This document shows positions 48,870 to 63,112 of a stretch of DNA of 64,000 nucleotides, piece after piece. A program made the position numbers and the translations under genes. Every line of letters starts with the position of its first letter. The stretch's first letter is position 1. The notes below the pieces were generated by a model. The model searched no databases. It was not told the DNA's origin and saw nothing but the letters and a program-made list of their open reading frames with translations. Origin of the DNA: the human T2T-CHM13v2.0 reference genome, Homo sapiens; NCBI RefSeq assembly GCF_009914755.1, contig NC_060926.1; one strand, given 5' to 3'.

Positions 48870-49220
48870 CCAAGCATTCTCCATATATTTTTTTCATTTA
48901 ATAGTTACAATTACCTTGTGAAGTAGGTATTACCATCTCCCATTTCCAGATGAGGAAACAACACTCAAATTTGCACAATTAATCAGGGGCAGGGCCACTA
49001 TCTGAACCCAGCACCGGCTGACTCAGAAACTTGAGCTGTTTGTTTGTACCGGTGCATCTCAAACTACACAATAGTATCATCTGGAGTTAAAAATACATCA
49101 TTGCCTCAGCTCCACAGCCAGAGACTCTGAAGTCATTGTTCTGGGCTGGGGACAGGGCATTAGTATTTTTTTAGAAACTCACCCAGGGATTCTAACAGAC
49201 GGCCAGGTTAAGAACCATGA
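48870..49220. mobile_element. MIR fragment (~48870-49030) plus MER5A-like MITE (~49050-49220)
   Basis: cccatttccagatgaggaaac (MIR core); cagagactctga...ggattctaacagacggccaggttaagaacca. Confidence 0.7.
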
Positions 49221-49627
49221 TTATATCATACCACCTGCAAAGTTACAAACCCACTGTAAGTCACTACATTTACTTGAACCACATAAGTCATAACTAATGA
49301 ATACCCTGCCATCTATACTGTGGGGCATACAATAAAATGTGGATGTCGTTGAACACGACTCATTATCAATCCTTTCTATGAAGTCTTCATGCATTTGCCA
49401 TTCCACAGTGGATTGTACTGTCCCCTTTTTTTCTCACTGCAGTTCAACATCTTAAGATGTTTTAAACAAGTTCATTGAGCTGTATTCTGGTAGTATTCTG
49501 GTAGTGGTTCTATCATACCAAGCCCATTAAATAAACTCAGGAAAGGAAATAATCAAATTAAGCTGTATATCTACAGGGTCAAAGATTGGGTTAAAATCTT
49601 AAAACTTAGACATTTCCAATAGTTAAT

Positions 49628-49883
49628 TTCTTTCTTTCTTTTCTTTTTTTCTTCTTCTTTTTTTTTTTTTTAGAGAGTCTCACTCCTTAAGTGATCCTCT
49701 CACCTCAGCCTCCTGAGTAATTGGGTAGTACACCACCACTCCTGGCTAATTTTTTGTATTTTTAGTAAAGACAGGGTTTCACTATGTTGCCCAGACTGGT
49801 CTTGAACTCCTGGGCTCAAGCTGTCCGCCCGCCTCTGCCTGCTAAAGTGCTGGGATTACAGGCGTGAGCCACCATGCCTGGCC
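49628..49883 (-). mobile_element. Internally deleted AluJ with TSD GTTAATTTCTTT
   Basis: Right arm largely missing; gttaatttcttt on both flanks. Confidence 0.88.
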
Positions 49884-50368
49884 AACGGTTAATTTCTTTT
49901 GTTCATTATCGTGACCTCAATCATGATCTCAAAACTAATTTGATTGGATTTTTGGTTTGTTTCTAACTCGAATCTAGCTATTTGCCTGACAAGTTCTTCT
50001 GGTGCTGCAGAAGTGCATTCTGTGGATGAGAAATGGTAAAATCTAAACCTGAGATATTATTCTTTTTACATATTAATGCCATCACTTTCTCCCAAGTCTA
50101 TGGAGGGCTATTTATAAGGCACAAAAATCCTCAAAACCAAACCCCCAAAAAACAAACACTCATAGCCTAAGAGTTAAATTATGTAAGCAATATTGTTGTG
50201 CTTGTGGTTAGAAATAGTAACACTTTTTGGAAGAAACGCTTCAAAATGCTAACAGTGGCTATCCCTGTTGATTAGAGGTATATGTAGAAAATATACAAAC
50301 TAAACCCAAAAACTTGTTTGAGATTCTTAAGTCTGCTTACATCAGTGGTCCTAGTGGTCCTACTTATT

Positions 50369-50693
<325 letters not shown>

Positions 50694-51079
50694 CCTACTT
50701 ATTATTCTTTCCAAGGCAATGGCTCTGGGTCATTTTCACTTTTTTTTTTTTTAAACTGTTTGCATCTTAGTGCAATGACTTGCTCTAATAAAAGCCTTCT
50801 GTTTTAAACATATGGGAGAAGAGATTAAAAACACTTACATTTTTGCCGAAAATCCTTTAACATGAAAAAATGTTTCCAAAGCTTTCTCAGACTTGAATTT
50901 CTTTGAACTACTGTTTCTCTCTATATGTTTTTTACCTGATTCTGATTCCAGATTTTATTGAATAAATAAAAGCAGAAGTATTGTATGTGGTTTAACAGGA
51001 AGAAGATAAACTAAAATAAGGAGGCTTAATTCCAGCAAAAGCTTTCAACATCACACAGTGTACAGATTGAGAAGGCAGA

Positions 51080-51290
51080 TGCTGGAAGCAGAGGCCTGTG
51101 GGCTGATCCTGGTCACGTGGCCTGGGCACCTCACTTAACCTCATTTTCCTCAATTTCATCTGCAAAGTGGGGACTAATATTTAGCAGCTTCCTAATAGAG
51201 TTGCTGTGAGGATTAAATGTGTAACTGTATGTAAATGCTTAGAACACTACCTGGAAGTGCTCAATAGGTGACAGATGTTATTGCTGTTGT
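51080..51290 (+). mobile_element. MIR
   Basis: tcacttaacctc...tttcatctgcaaagtgggg...gttgctgtgaggattaaatg...aagtgctcaata. Confidence 0.8.
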
Positions 51291-52523
51291 TAGATCTGTA
51301 GGTCAGTGGCAGAGCTAGTAAAACTGTGCAAAGTCTAACGTGGGTAGCCTGTATTTTTAAAAAGCATTCTATTTCCTTTCGTTGAGCTGTTCTTTGCAAG
51401 GAGGGGCCTCGTGAGGGGCAGGGATTGGAGAACGGAGGGTATCAGAGTGACTATTTGGTGTCCTTGCTTCGGTGCCATACAAAAACTTGGTCATTTGTTT
51501 TTATCCCTGGATGCTGCTCTAGGAACTTCAACAGATACTAAAGACAGGTGCAGAATTATGTCCTGGTGACTAGCAGTTTACTCTCTTGGCCAGGACCACA
51601 GGCTAGAATTTTAGTAAGAGATCATCCTCTGAGCCTGGACTTAGGAAATAAAAAGACCTTTTTTTTTTTTTTTTTTAACATAAGGGTACCGAAGCGTTGC
51701 AGCACATAGCTGTCCTTCCTTCCTTTTTTTTTCTCATTCTTTTTCTTTCCTTTATGATCAATTCTTTTAAAAACAATCACTTATAAAAACTTGGTTGCCA
51801 ACTGATCAATAAAAAGCATTGACTAAAAATAGAATAAGTTAACGAAAATGCAACTAAAAAGTTAATTATGTTGTTAACGTAGTTAATAGCACACATGACT
51901 TGCCCATTGTTGGTGTTTTGCTGCAGTATCCTAGTACCCTGGGCCTTCCCAGGAGATGTAAACCCCTCTCTTGCTCCCATCCCCTGAACATGCTCATACA
52001 CAGAGCTCATTCCCCCAGTCTCCTTTTCTTTTCCTCCTTCTACCTCAGGGAACTCTCCTACAGCCTGCTCTGGGGACCAATTTTATGCTGAGGGCAGGAG
52101 CTGCTGGCTCTGACGCGGCTGGGGCGCGTTGACCTGGAGCTTTTGTCTGGGATTTCTCACCCCTGTCTCCGCCATGAGGGCTCCTCAGAACCCATGGGCT
52201 CGGAAGAAATGCATTTCATTATTTCGACCAGCTTTTACTTAACTATTGTGTTAGATTACAAGACTTTCCAGCAAAATTAAATATTAGAATAAAAATTATT
52301 TGCAAAAGTACTCCTCATGTCTTCTCTTGCAACTTGGACCACATTTTGAGTGCATGCAGTTAACTATAAGGCATTCTTTCTTTGGCTACGAGTTCAGATG
52401 TCTTGTCTTTATTAGAAAACAGCCCTGTGCAAGCCCCAAATTGCTCATATTTCACTTTTTATCTTTTGATTCACTTAGTATATTATTCTCAAATCACTTT
52501 TTCCAATTCTTAACTAAGTTGTC

Positions 52524-52638
52524 TTTTTTTTTTTTTTTTTTTTTTTTTTTGAGACGGAGTCTCGCTGTCGCCCAGGCTGGAGTGCAGTGGCGCAATCTCG
52601 GCTCACTGCAGGCTCCGCCCCCTGGGGATCACGCCATT
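52524..52638 (-). mobile_element. 5'-truncated young AluY (AluYh3-like), 88-nt body plus T27
   Basis: Minus strand aatggcgtgatccccagggggcggagcctgcag...gacagcgagac; perfect TSD ACTAAGTTGTC(TTT) at 52513 and 52639. Confidence 0.9.
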
Positions 52639-52727
52639 ACTAAGTTGTCTTTAATTTTTGCCTTTGCACCTTGGTATCCCCTCAACCCTAAGGCGTATAC
52701 TCTTATTTGCCTTAAAGAAATGGAGTA

Positions 52728-53106
<379 letters not shown>

Positions 53107-53457
53107 TCAGTAACTTCTAGTCATGGGCTTCCCCCCCTACCATGGGATAAAGAAACTTACATGTCATTGTCCATATTTGCTTAGAGGACTGGTAAATTTG
53201 ATTAGTCACAACTAAGCCATCAGACCAGGAACCAAGAAAAAAATCTTAAGTCTCAGATAAAGCCCTCTTTCATTAGAATATAGATTTGCTGGATCTGGAT
53301 GGATCTCAGAAAGAAATTAGATTTGTCTCAACACTTTCTAGATGAAGAAACCAAAGACCCAGAGGTTACTTTTTTTGGCCAGCTGCCACATGACTAATGG
53401 CAAATGGCAAAGTTATAACAAAAGCCTAAGCTTTCTTACATCATCTGCAGAGTACGA

Positions 53458-53585
53458 ACATTCATTCATTCATTCATTCATGTCTTTCTTTCTTTTTCCT
53501 TTCTTCCTTCCTCCCTTCTTCCCTCCTTGTCTCTTTCTCTTCCCTCCTTCCTTCCTTTTTTTCTTTCTTTCCCAACATTTATTCA
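53458..53585. repeat. (CATT)n plus CT-rich low-complexity tract (L2-tail-like)
   Basis: cattcattcattcattcattca then tctttctttc...ccttccttcc. Confidence 0.8.
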
Positions 53586-54099
53586 TGCCCACTATGCACG
53601 TATTTCATCATAAACAAGTGATTTATTTTCAGAATTGAAAACCTGGTGACATATGGTCTGATGAGTAGGAGTGCACTAATAGACCTACAGAAGCAGAATG
53701 TTTGAAATGGGAACTGCCCGGGAAAATCTGATTTACGTGGTTATTGTCATCAGAGCTTGCCACTTTCCCTGTAACGCACACCACACCAGTTTTACTGTGG
53801 TGCCATAGAATCCTGATTCAAAACAAGGCAAGAAGGACCAAAGAATAATAAGAGAGTACGTGTACACGTCCAAACCCATGCATAGAGATGGAGCTGCCTC
53901 GGATGTAATTCAGCAGACAATTAGCACACTGACATTTTGGCAAAATTTCCAGACATTTCCATAAATCCTTTTTAGATTCTTCTTCCCTCCAGCTCAGCAA
54001 GACAGTCACATTTTTTTCCGGGCCTCAGACAAACAATAGCATCCAAATGATATTTAAGAACAACCTCCCAGCATGACAACTGAGGCTCAACCCATCTCG

Positions 54100-54650
54100 G
54101 AGAAAGGAAGGTCACCATATGCCCCGCACTCTTTGTGCGCGGCCTCGCTGCCATTTTACAGGGGCCTTGGCCTCTTTATTTTACTTTGGGAGACAAGAGC
54201 TCTACTAAAACGCACAAAGGGGATTTGAGATTAAGGATCGTCTTCTATCTCTCTAACCTACAGCATCTTTCATCCTAACAAAGGTGGGAGGAGCTGAAGA
54301 GAAAGATGGGGCTAACAGGAGGGGGCTGCGGAGGAAGCCAGGCAGCCGAGGGGGAAGGGGAAGAAAGCGAGCTTTTTAAAACTTGCTGTCCCCCGGCCCT
54401 CCTGTTTTCTTCATCTTACAGAAGCACCATCTGTTCCCAGACTTGATGTGCTTGCATTTGTTTTCCATTCAGCAACAGCTTATGTAGGAAGCAGATTATG
54501 AAGTGAGCAAATATGTCACCGACTGGATCAGCAACTGTATTTTGTTCGCCCCCTTAAAACTTTACAGAAACCCTGCGGCCCGTGCACACGGGGCCGGACC
54601 CGTCGCCAGCGCCAGTGCGCCGGCCGTGATTAGGGCCACCTGACTTCGAT
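54100..54650. promoter_or_regulatory. CpG-enriched non-repetitive segment, candidate enhancer or orphan promoter
   Basis: Roughly two dozen CpGs by eye, densest at 54570-54650; YY1-like GCCATTTT at ~54150; no recognisable repeat. Confidence 0.45.
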
Positions 54651-55023
54651 TATCCTTTGTGCTCCAGCCTGTCAGTGTTTATGCACTTCATTTATACTGT
54701 ATTTTAAAGTACCCTTAAATTATGTTTTCAAAAATTTTTCTAGTGTGCAAGCCTAACGACAGCATAAACAATTCAAGAACAGGGAATTTACTATTTCTTG
54801 CCATATTCTCTTTTCTCTAGTCAGCCATACAGACAACTTTATAATATAGTGACATTTTGGCAAAATTTCCAGGCATTCTCTTAACTATGTAGACTTATTT
54901 GATCATACTTCCAAAACTAGCAAGATGGGGATGAATCATAGGAGATCAGTTGTAGACATCAAAAAGTCACCTTTTGCTGTCTCAAAAAAGAAAATCCCGT
55001 CTTCAGCTTTTAAAAATATTCTG

Positions 55024-55665
<642 letters not shown>

Positions 55666-56482
55666 TCACACTGGGCTGTGGTGTCTTCCAGTGACAAGAC
55701 TCTGAAATGCAGAAAGGACCACATAGCATTGTGTGGAGCTGATACACTTTACATTCTCATTCTGCTATTGTTGGACATTTTAGTATAACATTCCAATGAT
55801 AAATAACGCTGAGGTCAACATCTTTAAGCACGAAGCTTTTTCTATTTTTATAATTTTTTTAGACTACATTGTGAAAAGTGGAATTAAAAAATAAAGTTAG
55901 TGACATTTTGAATTTCATCTTCAAACCACCATTTAAGAAAAGTTTACTGTTTTGAATAGGTATATAAAAGTTGGGACTACTAATCGTCATTGCATGTACA
56001 TGTTTTTACCCAAACTTTATTGGAGAGCCTTGGCACATCCCTTAACTACAGTCTTCACCTGTCTGACAGAAAATTTAATATTATTTACCTGAAGTACCCT
56101 TAATATCTTGGAATATAAGTTGCTGTTAAACTTATTCATTATTTTCTCTAAGGGCTCATTGAACATTTAAACACCTTAGTAGAGAATATGAATGACTAAA
56201 TTAGATACTTTAAGTTCAAACTTGGTTGTACTATTCTGGCATTATAATACATTCTATGCATACTACAAATTGCTGAGGCATCAAATTACAGAAGTTCAGT
56301 AAAGAAATGTTAGATTTTAAACTTCAAATGTCATGGATTAATGCTAGACAATGGTTTTCTTTAAAGTGCTAAATTTAAATCTGATATAATTATTTTATCC
56401 CATTTCATATTTTCCTGGGAAATTTTTACTGTGTGTTTAAAAATGAATTAAATTAGTGGAAGGAAAAATTTCAGAATGTCTA

Positions 56483-56788
56483 TTTTATTTTGTTTATTTT
56501 ATGTTTTATTGAAACAGGGTCTTGCTGTGTCATCCAGACTGGAGTACAGTGGTATGATCACAGCTAACTGCATGGTTGACCTCCTGGATTTAAGCCATCC
56601 TCCCACCTCAGCCTTCCAACTAGCTGGGACTGCAGGTGGGCACCACCATGCCTGGCTAATTTTTTATTTTTTCTAGAGATAGTCTCACTATGTTGACCTG
56701 GTTGGTCTTGAACCCCCGTGCTCAAGCAATCCTCTTGCCTTGGCCTCCCCAAGTGCTGAGATTATAGGCATGAGCCACCATACATGGC
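56483..56788 (-). mobile_element. AluJ with TSD TCAGAATGT
   Basis: Diverged antisense dimer; tcagaatgt on both flanks. Confidence 0.92.
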
Positions 56789-58046
56789 ATCAGAATGTTC
56801 GTTTTAAATTGAAATTGCTGTGTAGATTTTAAGAAATATTAGAAGTTGAACTATTTGTCATACTCAAACTTTTTCTTTGATTAATGCACCAAGTTGCCTT
56901 GTTTTGATATTGTATACTTCTTGATTAATAATTTCTCTTTTACACTCTTGAGCATAAACATTCTTTTGTTGAATGGAGCTTTTATTTTTTCACCCAAAAT
57001 TATCTGCATATGAAATATGTGTACAGAACAACTTTAGTGGAAAATCACAACAGCCAGGCCTGATGCAAACACATGGTTGAACCCCTGGACCTGCATTCCT
57101 CAGTGTGCTGCTGTCCCAACACAGAGTATAACACAACACCAAAAAATCCCAACACAAACATTTTTTTGTTGTTGTTGTTGGATATCCCAACACAAAAAAT
57201 CTATAAGCATAAAACTCCTATAACTTCCCACAAAATGCCGTTGGCCTCGGCAATGTAAAGCTTACACTCACTAAAGGAATAGGCTTCATTTATTAGACAG
57301 AAGGTGGTCCCTGGGAAGGGTTGCGAATTTTCATTAAACTCTGCATTTTCCACATGTTGACTTTTTCTAGATCTGCTTTAATTTCTTTTGAGTTCTGAGT
57401 CCATGCTAGTGTGCATGACTGAGATAGAGTTATATAGAGTGAGGTGGGCTGTGGGGCAAAAACCTTGGAGTATTGTCCATTTTGGGGAAAGAAGTGTAGA
57501 TAGTCTTCAACTGTTCCTGCCAACAGGTTACAGCACTTAAACACAGACAGGGATCAGATGTTTCTCTTAAAGTATTAATACTTTATCTCATGCTCTACTG
57601 GGACAACAGGAGATAAGCAGTCGTCTCTTTTTCCTCTGATCTGTGGATATGCACATTATTTAGAGCAGAACATTATTCTCTCGTTTTTCTTCCCTTGCAA
57701 AAGTTAAGGCCAAAACCAATTTCTCAGAGAATTAAAGGTGATCCTAAACCAATTCATCTTTATACTGCCTGCTTTTATTCCTCATCTGTATATATTCCAG
57801 TTGTCATAATAATAAACAGAAGCGGAAAAGACAGTAAAACCAGAATGCTTCTGACAGTAAAACAGGAACTCCTTGCTCTTAAAAATGAAGGAGACATGTG
57901 CTTTGGCTCTGGGTGCCTTTTTTGGGAGGTATGGCCTCTGCAGAGGAAACCTGGAGCTATTGTCTTATGCAACAGTCTCTTTCATTGTACACAACGTCTG
58001 AATCATCACTTCTGCTGTCCTACCTGTATGAAATCTGGGTGTTATT

Positions 58047-58242
58047 CAATGGTGTGTTGATAACTTATCAACCACCTCTTCAGAAAAAAGAAGCTCTGAT
58101 ATGTAGCATTTGTCAATTCCCATGATGTAAATACTCCCACCATTGCTGATTTTAAGCTACCAGTGTGATTTCACTGACATAGAGTTAGGAAGAAATGTGC
58201 AAAATTGACTCTTGTGAGCTGATGTGAGCTGGTTCCAGTACA
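58047..58242 (-). mobile_element. MER63A-like hAT-Blackjack fossil
   Basis: gtaaatactcccaccattgctgattttaagctacca...gagctggttccagtaca. Confidence 0.75.
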
Positions 58243-58825
58243 GTTTTAACTTCCTGAGCACCATGAACCCTCTCCTTTCATCCAGCTCATGAATCTCCTC
58301 CTGGTCATCTCAGCTTCTTTATCCAATCTTGACTTCATGGTCAGCTCACCTCACCATCTTAACCTTTTCTCTATATCAGACATTTATTGTGTAATTACCA
58401 TGCTGCAGACACAGCACAACACATTATGGCTACCAGGTCAACTAAGACAAGGTCCCTTCCTCCAGGAGTTTATCATGTAGTGGGGACACAGATTAGTTAT
58501 CAGGCTAGCCAGGGATACCAATTCAGAGTGTAAGTGAGCGGTACGGGCAGGCTCAGGGTGCTTTAGGAGCCTAGAGTCACCTCTTGGGGTGATTCATATA
58601 TCCCTAGACTTCTTTTCCTTTTCTGGAAGTTTGGAAAAGCAGGTTCCATCATTCATTCCACCCAAGCTGGCCTGAGGAGCATTGCTAGTGAGGGGAGTTC
58701 CTGCTGTTCATCTTCAGAGGGGCAATGTCTGTGTTACTCTTGCTGTGTCTCACAGAAGGTATTCCTGACTTCTGGAGCCACCTGCTGCCCTAGTCGCTGA
58801 CATCCCAGGGGACTATTTCACCTCT

Positions 58826-59186
58826 TGTATTAGTCCATTTTCACACTGCTGATAAAGACATACTTGAGACTGGGTAATTTATAAAGAAAAAAAGGTTTGA
58901 CGGACTCGCAGTTCCACGTGGCTAGGGAGGCCTCCCAATCATGGCGGAAGGTGAAAGGCACGTCTTACATGGCGGCAGCAAGAAAGAATGAGAGCCAAGT
59001 GAAAGGGGTTTCCCCTTATAAAACCGTCAGATCTCATGAGACTTATTCACTACCATGAGAACAGTATGGGGGAAACTGCCCCCATGATTCATGTGTCTCC
59101 CACCAGGTCCCTCCCACAACATTTGGAAATTATGGGAGCTACAATTCAAGATAAGATTTGGGTGGGAACACAGCCAAACCATATCA
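58826..59186 (-). mobile_element. THE1 (B/C-like) MaLR solo LTR
   Basis: tgtattagtcc...cagccaaaccatatca, 361 bp; 5-bp near-TSD cctct/cctcc. Confidence 0.93.
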
Positions 59187-60014
59187 CCTCCTCCTTTGAC
59201 AATTAGATTGAGGCCAACCAGAATAAGTTCCCACCTTTACCTTGTCCTCCCTCAGGGGTGTTCTTTCCCTCTGATTAGCCTTCATTTTTGTCCAGTCTGA
59301 GACGAAGAGCTGCCCATTTGTCTCATTAGGGCAAACCAACCTATTTCCTCCTACCTCACAGCCTTCCTGCACCTCTTGGAAGCCCTTTCTGTCTCAACTA
59401 ATGCCTCTTCCCCTTGGCCTTTTCCCTCTTTTTCTCTTCCCTGGCTTCCTTCCCTTGACTTCATATCCTTAGCAGGCATTCCCCTGCCTGCGTCCACTCT
59501 CCTCGTCCTCGTGGTTCCCAGCTCTGCCACAACAGACAGTGGAGGAGAGCCTCCTGCTCATTCAGCTCTCTGAATCCCAGTTTCCTCGTCTGTAAAATGC
59601 CGATGTCCACAGCACTATAGTGAATAGATAATGAAATACTAATTAAATGAGATCATTAGATAATGTGTTATTTACCAATCTTTTACTCTTGAAGTCCTAG
59701 AATGTTCTTGCAGTGGCCAATGGTAAATGGCTTCTTTTTTTGTGGTTTTCTTCTCTGACCTCTGCAGCATTTGACATCTTGCTGACACCAGTTCTTCCTG
59801 AGACTCTTTTCTATCCTGGATTTAGGCACTGCATGGTCTGGAGACTCTTTCTGCAGCCATGAGTGCTGCTTTCCTCAGCCGGCTTCCTGGTTGTGGGAGT
59901 TTCCCAAGGGACAGTTTCCACCCTCCTTGCTACCCATCTTGGAAGAACCAACGTGCTCCCTGGCTGATGCTCTAGTTTCTGTGCAAAAGATTTACAGTCT
60001 ACGTTCTCACTTGC

Positions 60015-60122
60015 CTAGGATGACCGACTGTCCCAATTTTCCTGGGACTGCGGGATTTCCCAGTGCAGGGCTCTCAGGACTCAAACCCACAGTCCCTAGC
60101 AAACCAGACCATTGTCTGCCTA
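60015..60122. mobile_element. MER81/MER94-like hAT-Blackjack MITE
   Basis: taggatgaccgactgtcccaattttcctgggactg...cagtccctagcaaaccagac. Confidence 0.65.
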
Positions 60123-60279
60123 GTCCTCAGTTTCTACCTGTTTTGTGAGGTCTCTCTCTCCACTACGTAGCCATTTGGATCACCTGTCATTGCATTAAGC
60201 CAAAGAGTCGAAGATCAAACTCATCGTCTCTTTTTTCCTTCTCTCTGAACTGAATCCATCCCTTCTCACTTTTGGTATT

Positions 60280-60455
60280 TGTTAGATTTGTGACCCTGGG
60301 AAAGTAACCCACTCCTTTGTGCCTTGGTTTCTTCATCTAGAAAATGGAAGTAATAAAAGTTCTCATGTATGAGTTTGGGACTGTTAAATAAGTGATTAAT
60401 GTAAGCAGTTAGAACGGAGCTGACAATAGTAAGACCTCAGCAACTGTTAATGATC
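60280..60455 (+). mobile_element. MIR
   Basis: tgtgaccctgggaaagtaac...gccttggtttcttcatctagaaaatgg. Confidence 0.75.
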
Positions 60456-60759
60456 AATAATACTATCAGCACTTCTTCACATTCATGGGAACGTCATTGT
60501 CTGAATTCCCAGTTTCAAAGCATGTGAATTATCATTGATTGTTTCACCATTTCTGGGCATTTGCTGAATTGTGTGGATCATTATTTGCAACTCTCACATG
60601 CACCTGCTCTTTCCTTTCCTTCCCCAGAGCCGCTTCTGGGCTCTCATCACTTCCTATCTGTGTAACTGTCAGAGGGTTCTCACCACTTTTCCTGCTTTCT
60701 GTCTCCACATTTGGTTCCATCCTTGGCATGACAACCACATTAATCTCCCTACAAAATGC

Positions 60760-61050
60760 TTTTTTTTTTTTTTTGGAGATGGAGTCTTGCTCTGTTGCCT
60801 AGGGTGGAGTGCAGTGGCTCTATCTCAGCTCACTGCAACATCCACCTCCAGCATTCAAGCGTTTCTCATGCCTCAGCCTCCTGAGTAGCTGGGACTACAG
60901 GAGTGCACCACCACACCTGGCTAATTTTTGTATTTTTAGTAGAGATGGGGTTTCATCATGTTGGCCAGGCTGGTCTTGAACTCCTGACCTCAGGTGATCC
61001 ACCCACCTTGGCCTCCTAAAGTGCTGGGATTATGGGTGTGAGCTATCACA
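60760..61050 (-). mobile_element. AluS
   Basis: Full antisense dimer. Confidence 0.94.
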
Positions 61051-61526
61051 CAAGGGAGACAGGAAGGAGGGAGCCCAGTTACAAAGCTCGAATCCCTCAA
61101 TTCCCTCCTCTCTGGTTGGCCCATTGTTGTGATAATGTGAGATAGCACAGGAGATGAAAGCTGTGGAGCCTCATGTCCTTGTCCAGTATTGTTGGTAGCT
61201 ATTACAGGGTGTATTCCATCTTCTCTGATCTGCATGGCAAGCCATCCAGGCTCCAACTCCAATCACCTCACCTCATTTCCTCCAACTGTCTCCCACAAAT
61301 CATCCTTGGCTCCAGCCATGCTGCTACCCTTCTGTGCCACGAGCAGACCTTTCGCCTCACGTATCCTCTTCCTCTCTAGGCCCTCAGGCCTAGAAAAACT
61401 TTCAGTTCCAACAGAAAACTTCTCCCCATCCCATGAGCTCACAGTGCTGTCAAACCCTCTTCTAAACCCCAGCAGAGCTGTCTGTTTTATTTCTGCAGCT
61501 GGACTTGACCAGACAGTGCCTTAGAG

Positions 61527-61746
61527 CAGGGTGTCCTAAAGTATTGCTCCTGGGAATGCTAGTGCCACTGGATGCAAGAGAGCTCTTTCTCCAAGCCTTT
61601 AATTAGGTGGTGAACATCATGAATCTTCAAGAGGGGGCTATAAAAAGCAGCATTTCCCAAATCATATTTGTCCATAGAAACATTTTTTTTAAAACATGGA
61701 GCATTCACAAAGACTGATGTTCTATCAGCTACTCTGGGAAACACTG
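61527..61746. mobile_element. hAT-Charlie-type MITE
   Basis: Imperfect TIRs cagggtgtcc / gggaaacactg and an 8-bp near-TSD ccttagag/tcttagag. Confidence 0.7.
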
Positions 61747-61897
61747 TCTTAGAGTGTTACTTGAGTTGATTTGTTTGGTTACCTGTGGTCACAAATTCTT
61801 TGAGGTTAATATTATAATCTTTGTTTTTACTACAATAATCATATGGCCATTTGTTCAAAATCTAATAAGAGATGGATATTGAACTTAAAGACATTGA

Positions 61898-62229
<332 letters not shown>

Positions 62230-62820
62230 CAGTTCTTCTTTTTTTAATAGGGGGATTATGAACAAATTATTTAGTCTCTAATATAGGCTTCATCTTTCTT
62301 ATGGGGATAATAATACCTGTGTAAACTGGATTACATAAGGATTAAATAAGATAAAATATAAAGTATCAAGCGTAAAGTCAGAAAAAATATAAGTTCAATT
62401 AATTTCAGTTTTTTTCTTTCTTTTCCCAGATAGTTCATTTTGATAGGTTTACTCTGGCTTAGTTTTTTTTCTTTTGTTTTGTTTTGTAAATATACTTCTA
62501 AGAGAACCCTCTAAATCATCCAAATGTCTTTTTAAAATTTTAATATTGTAAATCTGGTTATTATACATCAATAGTCTTTACTATCAGAAGAAAAAATAGA
62601 GCCACAATAAATTTTGGCTCACGATCTGTTTATACCAATATGTTCACATGGTTAAATCACAAGAAATCATCAAATTAATATATTGTTGATGTTGCCTTTA
62701 ATGTTTTACATATTCACATTTTTCATTTTCTTCTTGTGTACCCATTATCTTTGATTTTGACAACTTAAACCGGAAAGGTACAAAGATGATACGAAGCTGT
62801 GGGTAAGAGAGTCATAGAGT

Positions 62821-63112
<292 letters not shown>

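Noticed and set aside
51458-51492. Resemblance to the U6 snRNA 5' end (cttgcttcgg...catacaaaaacttgg)
   Set aside because: Short, gapped match with no continuation into the ACAGAGA box; probably chance.
57112-57196. TCCCAACACA three times with spacers, loosely array-like
   Set aside because: 10-bp unit in CA-rich low-complexity context with irregular spacing; not a CRISPR-like array, and the DNA is mammalian.
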